Of a stretch of 64,000 nucleotides of DNA, positions 27,121 to 41,449 are shown piece by piece (within the stretch, counting starts at the first letter, position 1; every line of letters starts with the position of its first letter). The notes below the pieces were generated by a model. That model was not told the origin of the DNA. It saw only the letters and a program-made list of their open reading frames with translations, and searched no databases. Source of the stretch: Gracilinanus agilis. Lineage: Eukaryota. The position numbers were made by a program, and so were the translations under genes. The DNA lies in assembly GCF_016433145.1 (NCBI RefSeq), contig NC_058132.1, positions 669,492,293-669,556,292 on the forward strand, read 5' to 3'.

Positions 27121-27312
27121 TTTAATCCTTATCTTTCATCTTAGGATCAATACTGTGTATTGGTTCTAAGGCAAAATGGTGGTAAGGGCTAGGCAATGGG
27201 GTTAAGTGACTTGTTCAGGGTCACACAGCTAGGAAATGTCTGAGAAACATTTGAACCCAGGACCTCCCATCTCCAGGCTGGCTCTAAATCCAGTGAGCCA
27301 CCTAACTGCCCC
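27121..27312 (-). mobile_element. SINE1_Mdo-type
   Basis: Typical body. Confidence 0.85.
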
Positions 27313-28855
27313 TGTTGTGATTTTTAAGAATAGTTTTATGCAATTTGAGATGGTGATAGAATGGTTTGGTTGTGGAAGAGGGAGAGCTGAATGCACAACT
27401 GTGAAGAATCAGGAGTTGGCTTGATTTCAGAACATGCTCTTTGACTTCCCATCTTCTTAGCCATATGGAAAAGCAGGTTTGGGTCATTTATACTCTCACT
27501 CCTCCAGTAGATACTGCCTTTCCTTGCTAGAATGTGAGCTCCTTGAGGGCAGGAAGACTCTTCACCTGCTTGTATTTGTGTTCTCTACAGTTAGCACAGT
27601 GCCTGGCACATTGCTTAATTATTTTATTTTATTTTTTATTTTATTAGTTTTATTCATTTGTGCATTTTCAGTAATCCACTGAAATTTAATATTTAGCAAA
27701 CAGTCAGTGGTGTGCCAAGGATCAGTTGGTAAACGTTATTATTTTTAGTCTTGTTTTCTCGGGTGTTTGTTCTTTGTAGATGTCAGTCATCTGAGTAGCT
27801 TTTGTTGGTATATCTGTCAGTCATCTGAATAGTTCTTATTTGCGTGGTGGGCTTCTTCATTGAAAATCTTAGAGATTTGTATCCTCTACATAAACCATAC
27901 TCCTCTAATTAAGAAAGTGAAAGAACTCAATTTTGGTTATAAAGTAGATGCTCAGGAAAGGGAAGTCTGGGCCCCCCTCAGTTCTGTTGTGCCACTGCTA
28001 CTACTGTATTAACTGGCTTAATGCCTGGCTCTCATCTTTAGGCTGCTTATCCCTATAATTTGAACTCAACAAAAAGACTATTCAACCAGTTGTAATTTTT
28101 GCTTAACAAATATATCAAGAATTTTCTCCCAAGTTAAACCATACCATACAGTATGTAATTCTACTAGATTTAAAACCTATTTTATACAATGAAGACTGCC
28201 TATATTAACTCACCAGAAACTTGGAATTTGGGTGCAGATAAATCTATAGGTTAATTGTAATCTCATGGTGTCAAAGTAGAAAACCAACAAGGCTGGGGTG
28301 ATTCCTCCACATAAAATAACTTTCTACTCTCCTTTAAAAACTAGAGCAGATCAAAATGACATTGTTCATGATTTAGCAGTCAAAGTGAATTTTTAGCTTC
28401 TGGACTAAGGATGTAATTACAATGTGTTGAAAACATGAATTTTCTCTTGAGAAGTATTAAAGATAAAAAGTTTCCTGGGAATAACTGTGGGGACCTGAAA
28501 AGCCTATGAAGTTAAGGATTAGAACAGATATTCAGAGTTCATTTATTTTAGTCTCATTTAGGCATCTTCCTGGAAAATCTAAGAATGGAAAACACTTCTT
28601 TTGAGATTCTACCAGTAGGAAAAGGTGAAACCAGGGCCAGGGGAGTCCAAGCATGAGTGTAGAAATTTTAGGAAGCAATGGTTCATTGACAAGGACAGCC
28701 AATCATTAATAATCAAATTTTACTGAATTAAATTGGCATAATTTTAATAAGCAGTAATTTTTAAAAGTATAAAACCAATTCCTGGGAAATCAGTGATTGA
28801 TAAAAATCGATTTGAAGTTTTGAAATCAGAACCAAAAATACTAGGTTTTATTTTT

Positions 28856-29050
28856 TATTTTTTTTTTTTTAAACCCTTGTACTTCGGTGTATTGTCTCAT
28901 AGGTGGAAGATTGGTAAGGGTGGGCAATGGGGGGGGGTCAAGTGACTTGCCCAGGGTCACACAACTGGGAAGTGGCTGAGGCCGGGTTTGAACCTAGGAC
29001 CTCCCGTCTCTAGGCCTGACTCTCACTCCACTGAGCTATCCAGCTGCCCC
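28856..29050 (-). mobile_element. SINE1, variant-tail (probably younger) subfamily
   Basis: Perfect 16-bp TSD ACTAGGTTTTATTTTT; retained CpGs; variant 3' end (ATAGGTGGAAGA). Confidence 0.92.
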
Positions 29051-32000
29051 ACTAGGTTTTATTTTTATGAATGTGACCAAAAATATTTGGCGGCCTTTAA
29101 CTTTCATTAGTTTTTTTAATAAGTATTTTCATATCTTTTATTTTGAAAGGGACTAGACCTATGATTTTATTGGTATAGGGAACTTCCAGGTGAGAAAATG
29201 TCTTCTGCCAATGCAGACCAACCCTTTCTTTATATCTTAGCAAATTACCAAGAGTACTGAGGAGATTGGTTGACTTGCCCTTGTTCACCACAGCAAGCTG
29301 TCCCATTTTCAAGGCCAGCTCTCTGTCTGTTCTAACACAGCTGCCTCTCAGTTGCCTCTGTTTTAATATCATCTACATTTCCCACTATTTCTCTTTCCAG
29401 GTCTTCCAAGGAACCAAAGAATAAAAGCAAAACTAACAATGGAAAGTGTCTGATGTTATATGTGATGTCCCATACCCTTGGTCCCCCCACCTCTGCAAAG
29501 AGGTTTTTTCATATACCTTTTTGGGACATCTGTGGTTCTTACTTACCTGTACCTGTACTGTAACTTTCATGTTAATCTGTAGACAGTATACTTGATGGAG
29601 TCAACATATAAGACCCAATAGAGAGTTCTATGCAGCCATAAAAAGAAAAGCAAAGCAAGCCTTATAATCATATCTCATTCTGTAAATATATTACACCCCC
29701 TCCCCCTTTTTTTTCATTGTCTGCAAAAAGCGGAGAAACCAGCTGAGTTTATAATCTTGATTTTACTTTGGTCAAAAGGGAGGTGTTGAGGTTATAAAAG
29801 ATTTCCATGATGAAAATACCCAAGCTTTAAAGCTTTAGTGAGGCTGAATACTAAAGGGTTTGTAAAGGAGCCATTTCTTAATCATGAAACATCCATCTCC
29901 CATGAAAAGAAAGGGCTGGTAGTTGTCTGAACAGGACCCTGAAAGAAAACCTGAAATAAAAATGGGAAAGCCATGATAAGTGGAGATTTGATCCCACAGA
30001 TTGTGCGGGGCTGTGGGACAAGAGCTAGGTCTGGAATTGGAAAAGGCCAGGACAAGTCATTTCACTAATTTGAACCTATTTCTCTATCTGTGAAATGGAG
30101 CCAATAGGATTTGGAGTGCTTTATGTAGAATGTTTTACAAACCTTAAAGGACTTTATAAATGTCCACTGTCATACCTCTTAAGAATATTAAGAAATTAGG
30201 GGTTTTAGTAAATACTAATTAAGTGCCAGTTGTTCTGTGTAGGGCCCTGTACTAGGTATTCAGTTCAATATAAACAGAATCTTAGAGCTTGACCTAAATG
30301 AAGTCTCAGTGGTCATCTGGTCCATCTTCCTTATTTTACAGAAAATTAAATCGAGGTTTAGAGGTGTTAAATGACTTTAACAAGTTAATTAAGTGGCAGT
30401 GTAAGCTCTCTGACTCAAAATAGGGCTTTTACTTCTGTGTTATCTTGAATACTCTCATGCTGATTAGAATGTTGCATAGGAAAATCAATGCTATAAGAAA
30501 TAGGGATAGATGGAGAAAGATTCCACGGCTATGGTGTTTGAATTGGGCTTTAAAGAAACAGGATTAGCGTTTCAGAAAGGTAAATGATATAGGGATGAAG
30601 TCAGAAAGGTCAAGGTGAAAGTTGTTGAAGATAGTGAAAAATTGGGATATCCTCTAAATTTTACATCATGCTTAAGAGAACAATAATAAACAAGAGACTT
30701 TAAAAATTATGTTGCAAGAAGGTTGCTATCAATTGATAATATTTTTTTTTTGCCTTTAGCAGCTCATATATTATGACATAATGAAAAAAAACTACTTGGC
30801 TTTAGAGTCAAAAGACCTATTCTGTTCTGTCATTACCTGTGCAATCTTGAACAATCATTTGATTGCTTTCACTTATTTATTTCCACCGCTTGCACATATC
30901 CTATGCCAGACACTGGGCTAGCCACACAAGATACAAAGACAAAAATGAACAGGCCCTACTTTATGGAGCTTACATTTTATTGTATGAAGTAACTTTTGCC
31001 TAATAAGAGTTTGCACAATGTATGCAAGTCACTTAACTTTTGGGGACCTCAGTTTCCTTTTATGTAAAAGGAGATGATTGGACTATCTCCTCTAAAGTTT
31101 CTTCTAGTTCCAAGTCTGCAATCTGTATCAGTGCAGTAGAGCCACGCACATATTTGAAATAATGGATCTCTTGAAGTATGGTGCTACAGTATTAAGAGTT
31201 TTATAAAGTAAATATTAAATGGCAAAACTAGCAGAAGGACCAAAGTCAAGGATCACCATTATTCCAGTACAAAATTCTTATACTACCTACCAGGGTTTTC
31301 TTCTTATCTGGACAGGGATAGACGGGCCAACAATTGACTCCAAACTGTGGACCACAGAATGATTTGGCAAGACAAAGGCACATTTTACATCCCCTTACAC
31401 TAGACTCAGACCACTACTAGGTTTGGCTTTGTTTTTTGGGAAATCCTCAGCTTGAGTGATCTTCTCTGATCTTAAAATGATATGACTTTTGTGAAAAGGA
31501 AATTTATGACAATTTGTTTTTATTCATCCTTGCTTAAAATAACTGCCTACGAAATGTTGGTTGAATTGTCTAAAGAAATTATAAGCAGAACATGATTCTG
31601 ATCAGGAGGATAGGTCAGAGGTCATCCATCCTTAAGTATGATTCTCTGAAATGGGATACTAGTGGCAATATGAGTTTGGTGCTTTCACTCTTCAGATATT
31701 CTTTTTCTTCTTTCATTGTCTTATTTTCTTACCTTTGCTAATAGCTATCCAGGGAAATTAAGGAAGAAATAAATAATGCCTTTTGTAACCTAGCTGAAGG
31801 GTACAAAATGTCAATTTTTGCTAATGAAATCATATTCAAAAGAAATTTACAGATTTTGTATGGTTCAAGGTAACAGATCATTGCACTTAGTGTACCTCCA
31901 CCACATTCTCTTCACTCTGAAATAGTGTAATATTGCAATTCCATGAATAAAATGCAGTATACAACAGGAGCACACACAATGGGATCTTGTATTTTTGACA

Positions 32001-32334
32001 TCTCTGAGTTAATTGTGTGATTGGGAAGACTGAAGATTTTTGGTACAGAGTAACAATTTTAAGAGTTGGAAGGGACCTTCAAAGCCAATCAGCCCAATTC
32101 ATACATGGACAAGAATATTCTCCAAAATATAACCAATAAGTTATCAACTTTTACTTAAAGACTTCGATGAGACAATATGTTCTGGTCTTGCGTGACTGCT
32201 AGACATTTTTCTTTATTTCCTTGCCAACTTTGATCCATTGCTTCTAAGCTAGGGCTGGACTATTCCGATTGGTGACTGGGTGGGTGGACAGCATAAACTC
32301 ACTAAGCCCACTGTTTTTAGGTGGCTCCAAATCA

Positions 32335-32614
32335 GACCACCTAGACTCTGCCTCATGTCCTGTCCATCTTATCCCCAAGAAGCTGGGTGAAGCAGTGGCT
32401 GAAACCCACCTTGGAAAATCGAATATGACGCTGATGAAGCTGACAGAAAAACAGCCCCGGCACGTGGGCCTCCCTGTAGAGGGCGCCTTCAAGTGTGACC
32501 ACTACCCTACGGAATCCTGGCCAGCCCAAAGGCTCCAACAGACCAACCACAGCTTCCTGCCTATCTAGTCCCTCCTGCAAAGAGCAATCAATGGCATTTA
32601 GGTTTAAAAAAAAA
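32335..32614 (+). pseudogene. AHCY: 5'-truncated processed retrocopy of adenosylhomocysteinase (C-terminus plus probable 3'UTR)
   Basis: VHLIPKKLGEAVAETHLGKSNMTLMKLTEKQPRHVGLPVEGAFKCDHY aligns to recalled human AHCY [48 protein letters not shown] (about 30/48 by eye). The native stop is lost, and a 9-nt A-run lies at 32606-32614. Confidence 0.85.
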
Positions 32615-33049
32615 CCACAAATGGTACAACATCATCCCGAAAGAGATGCATCTGGAGAGCAGCACCTTGTGGGCAGTCATTCTTCTGCTTGACTTAATGC
32701 AGTATGTTTTCTGTGAGGTACTGGAGTGTGGCAGAAAGAGACCTGGACTTGTTTAAATCCTACCCTGGACATGCAAGAACATCTCCTGCACTCTCTCAGC
32801 CTATTTACAAATAGGAACAAATTATTCATTTGCAATCGCCCAGCAGGCTTATAATAATGGCTGTCTCTGGTGGCAGCCTATTGAAACTCCCAATCAAGGA
32901 TAAGCCAATAGATCCACAGTAGAGACAGGGGCTTGTAGAATTTGAAAAGGAGGACACTAAACAGACTATCTTAGATTATTTCACTTTGGGAAGCACTGAC
33001 AGCAGGGCCCTTCCTTCATAGTGAAAAAAGCAGAAGGAGGAAAAAGCTC

Positions 33050-36000
33050 AAGCTAGGCATTCCCCTCAAAGAAATGCTATTTATGATGAAAGGGAAATTC
33101 AAGAAACAGACCCCCAAAAGTAGAATGACTAAAACATCTACAAACAAAGCCTCAAAGAACAATGCAGCTTGAAAACAAGTTCAAGAATTCTTGCAAGAAT
33201 TAAAAATTTTAAAAAGAGCTAAAAAAAAAATTCTTAACCAAGTGAGAACAGTCAAGGGGAAAAAATGGGAGAAATGAGAGCTTTAGAATAAGAAGTATAA
33301 AACATTAACCATGAAAATAACTTGAAAATTAAAATGGACTTTTTAAAGAGAAGTTATTGACAAGGAAATACAAAAATTTTAAAAATCGAGCCAAAGTACA
33401 AAAAATAGAAAAAGTGAGATATCTCAAAGCAAAAAACAACTAACCTAGGAGATGAATTAAGGAGAGAGAACTTAAGAATCAGTGGACTACTTCAAAACCA
33501 TGACCCAAGCATCATATCTTAGGAAGTCATAAAAGAATACTGCCTTAGAATCAGAGTGTAAGAAGAAATAGAAAAAATCCAGTGGTACCTTCTGGAAGAA
33601 ATCCCTAAAAGAAAATTACCAGGATTATTCTAGTCATAATTCAAGATTTTGGGTAAAAAAAAATGCTGCATGGAGCTAGAAAGAATGAATTTAAGTTCTA
33701 TGAAATAATGTTAAGGAACACACAAGATTTAGCAGCCACCACTATTAAAGAAGTAAAACGTCTAGAATATGATATTCTAGAAGACAAATTTATTTAGTGT
33801 CACAACCAAGAATAATTTCCTGCAAAAAACTTAGTATAATCTTAGAGGAGGAAAAGTGGATCTTTAATGAAAAAGAGGACTTTTAAGTATATCTGATGAA
33901 AATACTAGAGCTTTATAGAAATTTTACATGCAAGCACAAGAGTCAAGAGATCCAAAGTTAAACTTGAATGAGCAATCAATGAGAGATTTAAGCAGTGTTT
34001 ACATTGTTTATGGAATCATGATATTCTAATCTTTAGTGGGAAAGATGATATATGTATACTCTGAGAACTCTTTTATTATTAGCAGGGACCAGAGAGAGAG
34101 TCTAGTAAGATAAAGTTCTTCTGTTATGTTTTGGTGATCTTAAGAAGAATGGAGAGAGTGAGGAAGAGGAATACACTGGAAAAAGGGGGAAGGAAGAGAA
34201 AGCATGGGGGAGATTTATCTCACATAAATAGGGTATAGTAGTAGTTTTTGCAACAAGCAAGGAGTAGAGGGAAAATAGGTAGTACTTGATCTGTTATCAA
34301 GAGAGAAGAATACATAGAGTTGGGTACATAAATATATTTCACCCAACAGGGAATTAGGGAAAAGGCTTAAGGGAAGGAAAGAGAATAAGAGAATAGAGAG
34401 GATAAATTGAAGAAGGGATTAGTGAAAAGCAAAACAAATTCTTAAGCTGGGGACAGGAGAAGAATAAGAGAAAAGGAAGAAAAAAAAAAACAACAGTCAT
34501 AACTGAATGTGAATAGGATGATGAACTCCCCTCCATGAAATATCAGATTAGAATCCAACAATATATTATTCACACACACACACACAAAAACCCAGTTGAA
34601 ACAAAGCTACACAGTTAAGAAGAGGGGCTAGAGCAGTATCTGTTATATTTAAGCTGAATTTAAAAAGCCAGGTGTAGCAATCATCATTTTGGACAAAGCA
34701 ACAGCAATAAAAGACCTCATTAAAGGAGATACACAGAAATTACATTTTGTTTAAAGGTATCTAATAGTGAATTAATATTAAACACATATACCCAGTGGTA
34801 TAGTATCTAAATTCCTAAAAGGAAAAAAGTAAATGAATTACAGAAATATAAATATATTTTATTTATAATAAATAAAAGGAATATAAAGTAAAAATATAAT
34901 GGGGAGAGACTTCAGTCGACTCCTTCTGAGACCTAACAACAAAAATAAAACAAGAAGTCAAGGACCTACACAAACTTTAAAAAAGTTAGTTATGATATCC
35001 CTTTTAAGAATATTGATTGGGAACAGGAAGGACTATACCTATTTTTCAGCTATTCATAATATCTTCACAAAAAATTAATCATATAATAGGGCTCAAAAGC
35101 CTTCCAAACGCAGAAAAATCAGGAATATTGAATACATAATTTGCCAGTTATGCAATAGAAATTACATGCAGCAAAATTCCATTGGAGGAAAGATTTTAAA
35201 AGAATTGGGAATTAAATAAGTCTAAAGAATGAATAGGTCAAAGAATAAATTTAAAATGACCAGTAATTTCATTAAATATGAACACACAACAATGAGAACA
35301 CACCAAAATTAGAGAGATTCAGGCATCTAAATGTTTTCTTTGGGCTGAGAGAGCAGATCAGTTAATTGGCTATTCAACTAAAAAAAAAAAAAACAATAGA
35401 ATTGGCTATGCAACTAAAACAAACCCAATTAGAAAACCATTAAATTGAAAGCCTGTAGTTAAACAACAAAATAGGAATCCTGAAAATCAATGAAAGTTCA
35501 ACAAAATTCAAAACAAAACAAAAACATTGAATTAATAAAACAGCTTTTTGGGGTGGAAGGAGGAAGCCAATCAAACCAACAAAAGCTATTAGCTAATTGG
35601 AAATAAGAATGAAGAAATTAGATTACTAGCATCAAAAATGAAAAAAGCTGAATTCACAACCAATGAAAGAGAAATTATTAGAATTCTTTTGCCTACCATA
35701 TGCCAATAAAACTGACAATCTAAAGGAAGTGGATGAATATTTACAAAAATATGAGTTACCCAGATCAACAGAGCAGGAAATAGAGTATTTAGATAACCCT
35801 ATATTATAAGAAGAAGCTGGATCAAGCCGTAAATGAAACTCCCCAAGGGAAAAAACACTCCAGGACCAAATGGATTTAAAAATTAGTTATGTCAAACATT
35901 TAAATAATTCCAATATTACATAAAATTTCTAAAAATATAAACAAATTATATATATAAATTATAAATAAAAAAAACAGGAAATGGAGAATTATTTCCAAAT

Positions 36001-37230
36001 TCCTTTTATGACATTAAAGATCCCTATAAGAGTCAAAGAAAAACTTCCAATATCTCAATGAATATTGAGGCAAAAAATTTAAATACAATATTGGCAAGGA
36101 GACTATAGCAAGATAATCATATAAAGATCATATACTATGACCAGGCTGGAATTATGTCAGGATTCAGAGCTGGTTGGATATTAGGAAAACTATAAACACA
36201 ACTGCCCACATTAATAGCAAAAACAAAAATTATATTTGTAAAGTAAAAAAAAAAATCATCTTTTGACAAGATACAATGCCCATTCTTTTTTTTTAAACAT
36301 TAGAAAGCACAGGAACAAATGGAACTTTCCTTAAAATGATTAGCATTTAAAACCAAGAATCGGCATTATTTTTTGTGGGGATTATTAATTTTTCCAATAA
36401 GACTGGAGGTAAAGCAAGGATGCCCATGATAATTTACTTTTCAAAAAAAAAATGCTAGAAATACTAGCTATAGCTATAAGATAAGAATAAGAAATTGAAG
36501 GGATAAGCATAGACAAAGTTAAAATGACCATTTTTATGTAGATGATGATGGTTTGCTTACGAAAACCCTAGAGAATCCACTAGAAAAACTCAACTTCAAC
36601 AAAATTGTGAAATAGAAAATAAACACAAAATCATCACCATTTCTGTGTATTACTGACAAAATCCAGCAAGAAGCAACAGAAATTCCAATAGAAATAACTC
36701 AAGGCAGTATAGAATACTTGGCGTCTACCTGCCAAGACACACCCAGAAACTATATGAACCCAGTTACAAAATACTTTACATAAAGACATCTCAATAACAG
36801 GACAAATATAAATTACTTATGGATAGATAGGCTGAGCCAGCATCATGACAGTACTACTTGAGTTAATTTACTTATTCCCTTCCATATAAGTGGAACTAAA
36901 GGATTTTTTTTTTTAGAAGAAAATAAAATTCTGGTGGCATAAAAGGTCAAGAATTTCAAGTAAATTAATGAAAAAAGGTGGGAAGGAAGGGGGGATCTTG
37001 CAGTACTAAATACCAAACTATCCCACAATGTCTTAACAATGAAAAAATTTACTACTAGTTTAGAAATAAAAGATTGATTGGTGGAATATATTAAGAATAT
37101 AACATACAGAAGCAAATGAGCATAGTAACCTGATATTTTATAAACACAAAAAACTCAGCAATTGGAGCATGAACTCATTCAACAAAACTTAGGAAAAATA
37201 GTAAGCAGTCTTGGAGAAACTAGGTGCAGA
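33050..37230 (+). mobile_element. Old LINE-1 (ORF1, EN and RT remnants)
   Basis: EN-like KKPGVAIIILDK at about 34660; decayed YDQxG-I/GW (about 36135), GVKQGC (about 36405) and FxDD (about 36535). A-rich strand. Boundaries approximate. Confidence 0.8.
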
Positions 37231-37952
37231 TCAAAATCTCACAGTGTATAATATGATAAGCTCCTAAAGGGTAGCACACAAATTAGGGGAGTGTGGGAGA
37301 AATGGCTTGCTATGTCCATGACCAGGTGAGATGGATTCACAGGAGGTAACATGGACAAGGTTTGTTTTTTTTTTTTTTTTACATTTTTGTCTCTTACGTG
37401 GGGATCAGCATATAGTGTTGTCAGTGTGTGTGATATTTGTGTGTATATTTGCAAAGGGGGGCTCGGTCAAGATTTTATTGTCTGCATGTATGTACATGCA
37501 TCTACACATATAGATACATGCATGCATGCATACATGGTACGTAGGAGTCAGGGAAGAGGAAGAAATTTAGACCTGTTATTCATAGGTGTGGGTGTACTCC
37601 TAGTATGTTCTTTTGCATACTTAACAATTTAGGTGATTTACCCATAATTACCAGCTAGTGTGAGATAAAGTTTCAATCTAGGCTTTCTTGATTCTATGGC
37701 TGGCCCTCTTCCTAATACATCATGCTGCCTCTCCTACTTATGTTAATTTTTAAGAACATCAGCTATGTTTTAATATTTGTAGAAATTTATATTATATTCA
37801 TTGCATTTATAGCCTTTTAAAATAGTGACATATTATTTTAATCAATTAAGAGAAATAAATGAACTACCCTAAGTAACATATCAAATCTGTGACAATAAAA
37901 CATAGAGATAAAAAAACCCAACATAGAAATGACTTACTTAGATCTTTTGTTT

Positions 37953-38156
37953 TCATGGATGTGCAGCTGTTGGAACAACAGCAAACCCTGAATTTGCTTC
38001 AGCACTGTCCACTTCTCCAAAAGTTGGTGTCCAGTAATAATGTTTTTTAACACCATAAGAGAGCTCTGCAAGATACACACAGTCATCGACTTCATAGGGC
38101 TCCACGTCTGTATTTTCTTGTTTTAGACGACCTGTGTTTATTAAGTTTGAAAACGC
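37953..38156 (-). CDS. LRRC34: LRRC34 last coding exon
   Basis: 204 nt: AFSNLINTGRLKQENTDVEPYEVDDCVYLAELSYGVKKHYYWTPTFG...VPTAAHP-TGA; ttcag| acceptor. Confidence 0.95.
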   Translation of the reverse strand, partial: AFSNLINTGRLKQENTDVEPYEVDDCVYLAELSYGVKKHYYWTPTFGEVDSAEANSGFAVVPTAAHP

Positions 38157-39169
38157 CTGAAATGAAAATGAAAAAATTGTTTTTGTAGGAGATTAACACT
38201 GGTTTAAATTAAAATATTTTAATTTCTACCACATTTTCTATCAAAGTTTAAAAAATAAAGACCAAGTTTCACAGAGTGGGGTGGCTTTATGGGTATAATT
38301 CCTTTATTTGTTTAGCTTCATACAATCAAAGTGTTCTAGATCACTACTTCATGCTGTAAATGTTATTTCTCAATGAATGTCACATTGTTTTTCCTTCTGT
38401 ATCTTTGAAACCCCTTCATTTTTATAGCTGGTTAACATGTTCATTCTGGCGGATGCACAGTTACCCTGTCATTCAGCAGTCCTAGCATTTAGTATTCCTC
38501 CATTTAACTTCCATATTCATTTTTAAATCCTATTAGTCAAGTCACTATATGGATTTACCAGACTAAATTCCTGCCTTTGCTACCTAACACTTGTGTGACT
38601 TTAAGCAACTGTTTTGTTTTGTTTTGTTCTTTACCTTAGTTTCTTGATCATCAGTAAAGGAGATGATTTCTAAGGCTCTTTCTAGCTTTAAATCAATGAT
38701 CCCTAGAGGAGGTGGCTATTTGGTAACTTCCAACTTGAATTATGTTAACTAGGTGCTTAGTTTAATTATTTCTTCATACTTGACATAGAAGAGGCCTGAT
38801 TAGATGCTCTTGAGGAGAAGGCTTGAAGCTAATTTCCATTTTCCATAAACCCTCAGAATGTCACTTTATAGCTAAAAGGACCAGTTAGGGATCATCTAAC
38901 CTAGTCTTCAAAGGAAGAAATTGAGGACCCACTAAAAAGAACTGACTTCTTTATAGTAATGGCCAGGTTCGTTTGGTTCAACTTGGGCTTCTGAGGGGTA
39001 GTCAAATTAAGCCCAAATCTCACAGTTCTAGCCCAATCCTAGAGATGTTATACAGCTTAGTCATTTTTTGTAGAGACAGAAACCAGAGATCTAGTTTGCA
39101 AAAGTTATTGTTACTTTTGGTTGAATCTCTAGGATTCTCTAGATAATTACATTATCTTTAAAAAACTAA

Positions 39170-41340
39170 AAATTGTTGCATCTTTGTTTATGCTTTTCCC
39201 CTCAATTTCTTTTTTTGGTCTTATAGTGAACATTTCTAAAACTATGCCAAGTAGAAATGTTGATAATGAGTATCTGTGCTTTACCCCTGATTTTACTGGA
39301 AGGGTCTCTAGCATTTCTCTGATATATAATGCTGGTTCTTAATTTTAGATACACATTATCATATTATTGAAAGGTCCATTTATTTCTGTGTGAGATAACT
39401 TGCCCCCCATCTAGCTTTCCTTTTCCCTTATATACCAGTGTGTTCTGTTTCTCTTTCTTATCCCTCAGTTTTGTTTTTGTATATCATCCCACCATGTTCA
39501 ACCTACTCCTTGCTCTCTAAGTATATTTCTTCCCACTACCCTAATAGTGACAATGGCCTTAAGTATCCTAAATACCCTAAGAATTTTAAGTACTTTATTA
39601 CCTTAAATATCTTAAGTATCATAGATATCTTCCCATGCAGGAATGTAATCAGTTTAACAACACTGAATCTCTGGAGATTTTTCTTTCTGTATACCTTTTT
39701 TTTTTTTTAATTTTATTTTATTTTAAACCCTTAACTTCTGTGTATTGACTTATAGGTGGAAGAGTGGTAAGGGTAGGCAATGGGGTCAAGTGACTTGCCC
39801 AGGGTCACATAGCTGGGAAGTGTCTGAGGCCGGATTTGAACCTAGGACCTCCCATCTCTAGGCCTGGCTCTCAATCCACTGAGCTACCCAGCTGTCCCTT
39901 TCTGTATACCTTTTAATGCTTCTCGAGTGTTGAATTTGATCATCATTTAAGCTCTGGTGTTTTTGTCAGGATTGCTTTGGAAGTCCACTATTTCCTTAAA
40001 TGTTCATTTTCCCCCCTGGAGGATTATGCTCATTTTTGCTGGGTAGGGGATTTTTAGATATAATCGTTGATCCTTTTGCCTTCTGAAATAATATATTCCA
40101 AGGCCTCTGGTCCTTTAATGTAGAAGCAGCTAGGACCTGTGCAATCCTGACTGTGGCTCAATAATATTTGAATCTTTTTTCCTTGCTATTTGCAATATTT
40201 TCTCCTGGTTCTGAGGGTTATGGATTTTGAATATAATAGTCCTGGGATTGATTTTTTAGGATCTATCTCAGAAGGTGGTTGGTAGATTCTTTTAATTTCT
40301 ATTTTTCTTTTTTGTTTGAGAATATTAGGGCATATTTCCCTGATGATTTCTTGTAATATGGTTTCCAGGATGGATTAAAAAATTTATTTTTATGTATTTT
40401 CCCATGGTTACATGATTTATGCTCTCCCTCCTTACTCCCAGAACTGACAAGCAATTCCACTGGATTATACATTACAGGATGGATTTTTTTTGCTCATGAC
40501 TTTTAGGTAGTCCAATAATTATTAGACTATTTCTCCTAATTTTCTGGGTCAGTTTTTTTCCCCAGTGAGTTATTTCAAAATTTCTTCCATTTTCATTCTT
40601 TTTGATTTTATTGTTTTATGATGTCTTAAAGAGCGACTAGTTCCCGTTTGTCCAATTCTAAGTTATTTTCTTCATTAAGCTTTTGTGCTTTTCCATTTGA
40701 CCAATTCTGTGTTTTTTTTAGGAAGTTATTTTCTTTGATGGATTTTTTACCTCCTTTTCTATTTGGTCAATTCTAATCCTTAAGGAGTTGGTTTTTTTTT
40801 TCAGTATATTTCCTTCCCCATTCTCCCCCAAAAGCAGTTGGTTCTTTTTCTCATTTATTTTCCTACTTCTTCTTCTACTCTTATTATTTGATTTTTTAAC
40901 TCCTTTTTGAACTCTTCTGATGGTTCTTTTGGGGCTTGGCATCTTTTCACACTTTCCTCTATGGCTTCACATGTTTCTGTTTTATTGACCTCTTTTGAGC
41001 TCTGCTCGTTACTAAAATAACTTTGTAAGGCCAGGTTTTTTTCTGAGTGTGTGTGCCTATATGCTGAAGTTCAACTACACTGGGCTGCTCCTTGCACTGC
41101 TGGTTTCTGTGCCTTGTGCTGCTTCTTCTGTTGAAGTTCTCCAGAATGCTGTGTGAGCTAGACTGCTTTCCCCTCTTGCCCAGTGAGACAGTTCTTTCCT
41201 GTTGTCCTTCTATGGTGTCTTGGGCTGAATACTTATATTACCTTGTCTTTTGTTGATTCTTTTGCGCCAGAAATTTTTTTTGAGACTTTTTTTTTCCTTG
41301 TGATTGTTTAGAGGTGGGTTTGAATGAGTTTGAAGAGTTC
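39170..41340 (-). mobile_element. LINE-1 (5'UTR/ORF1 plus an RT piece), internally deleted
   Basis: Minus-strand GVKHRY-like RT motif at about 39270-39290 and ORF1-like A-rich sequence. Hosts a SINE1 and a short insert with TSD CAGGATGGATT. Confidence 0.7.
39700..39897 (-). mobile_element. SINE1, variant-tail (probably younger) subfamily
   Basis: Perfect 17-bp TSD CTTTCTGTATACCTTTT. Confidence 0.92.
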
Positions 41341-41449
41341 CTTACTCTGTCATCCTAGCTCCTTGAAGAGGAAAGTCCACATATGTATATCATGTGTGTA
41401 TATGAATATGTATAATTTTGTTTGAGCCACAATATGATTTCCTATGCTT

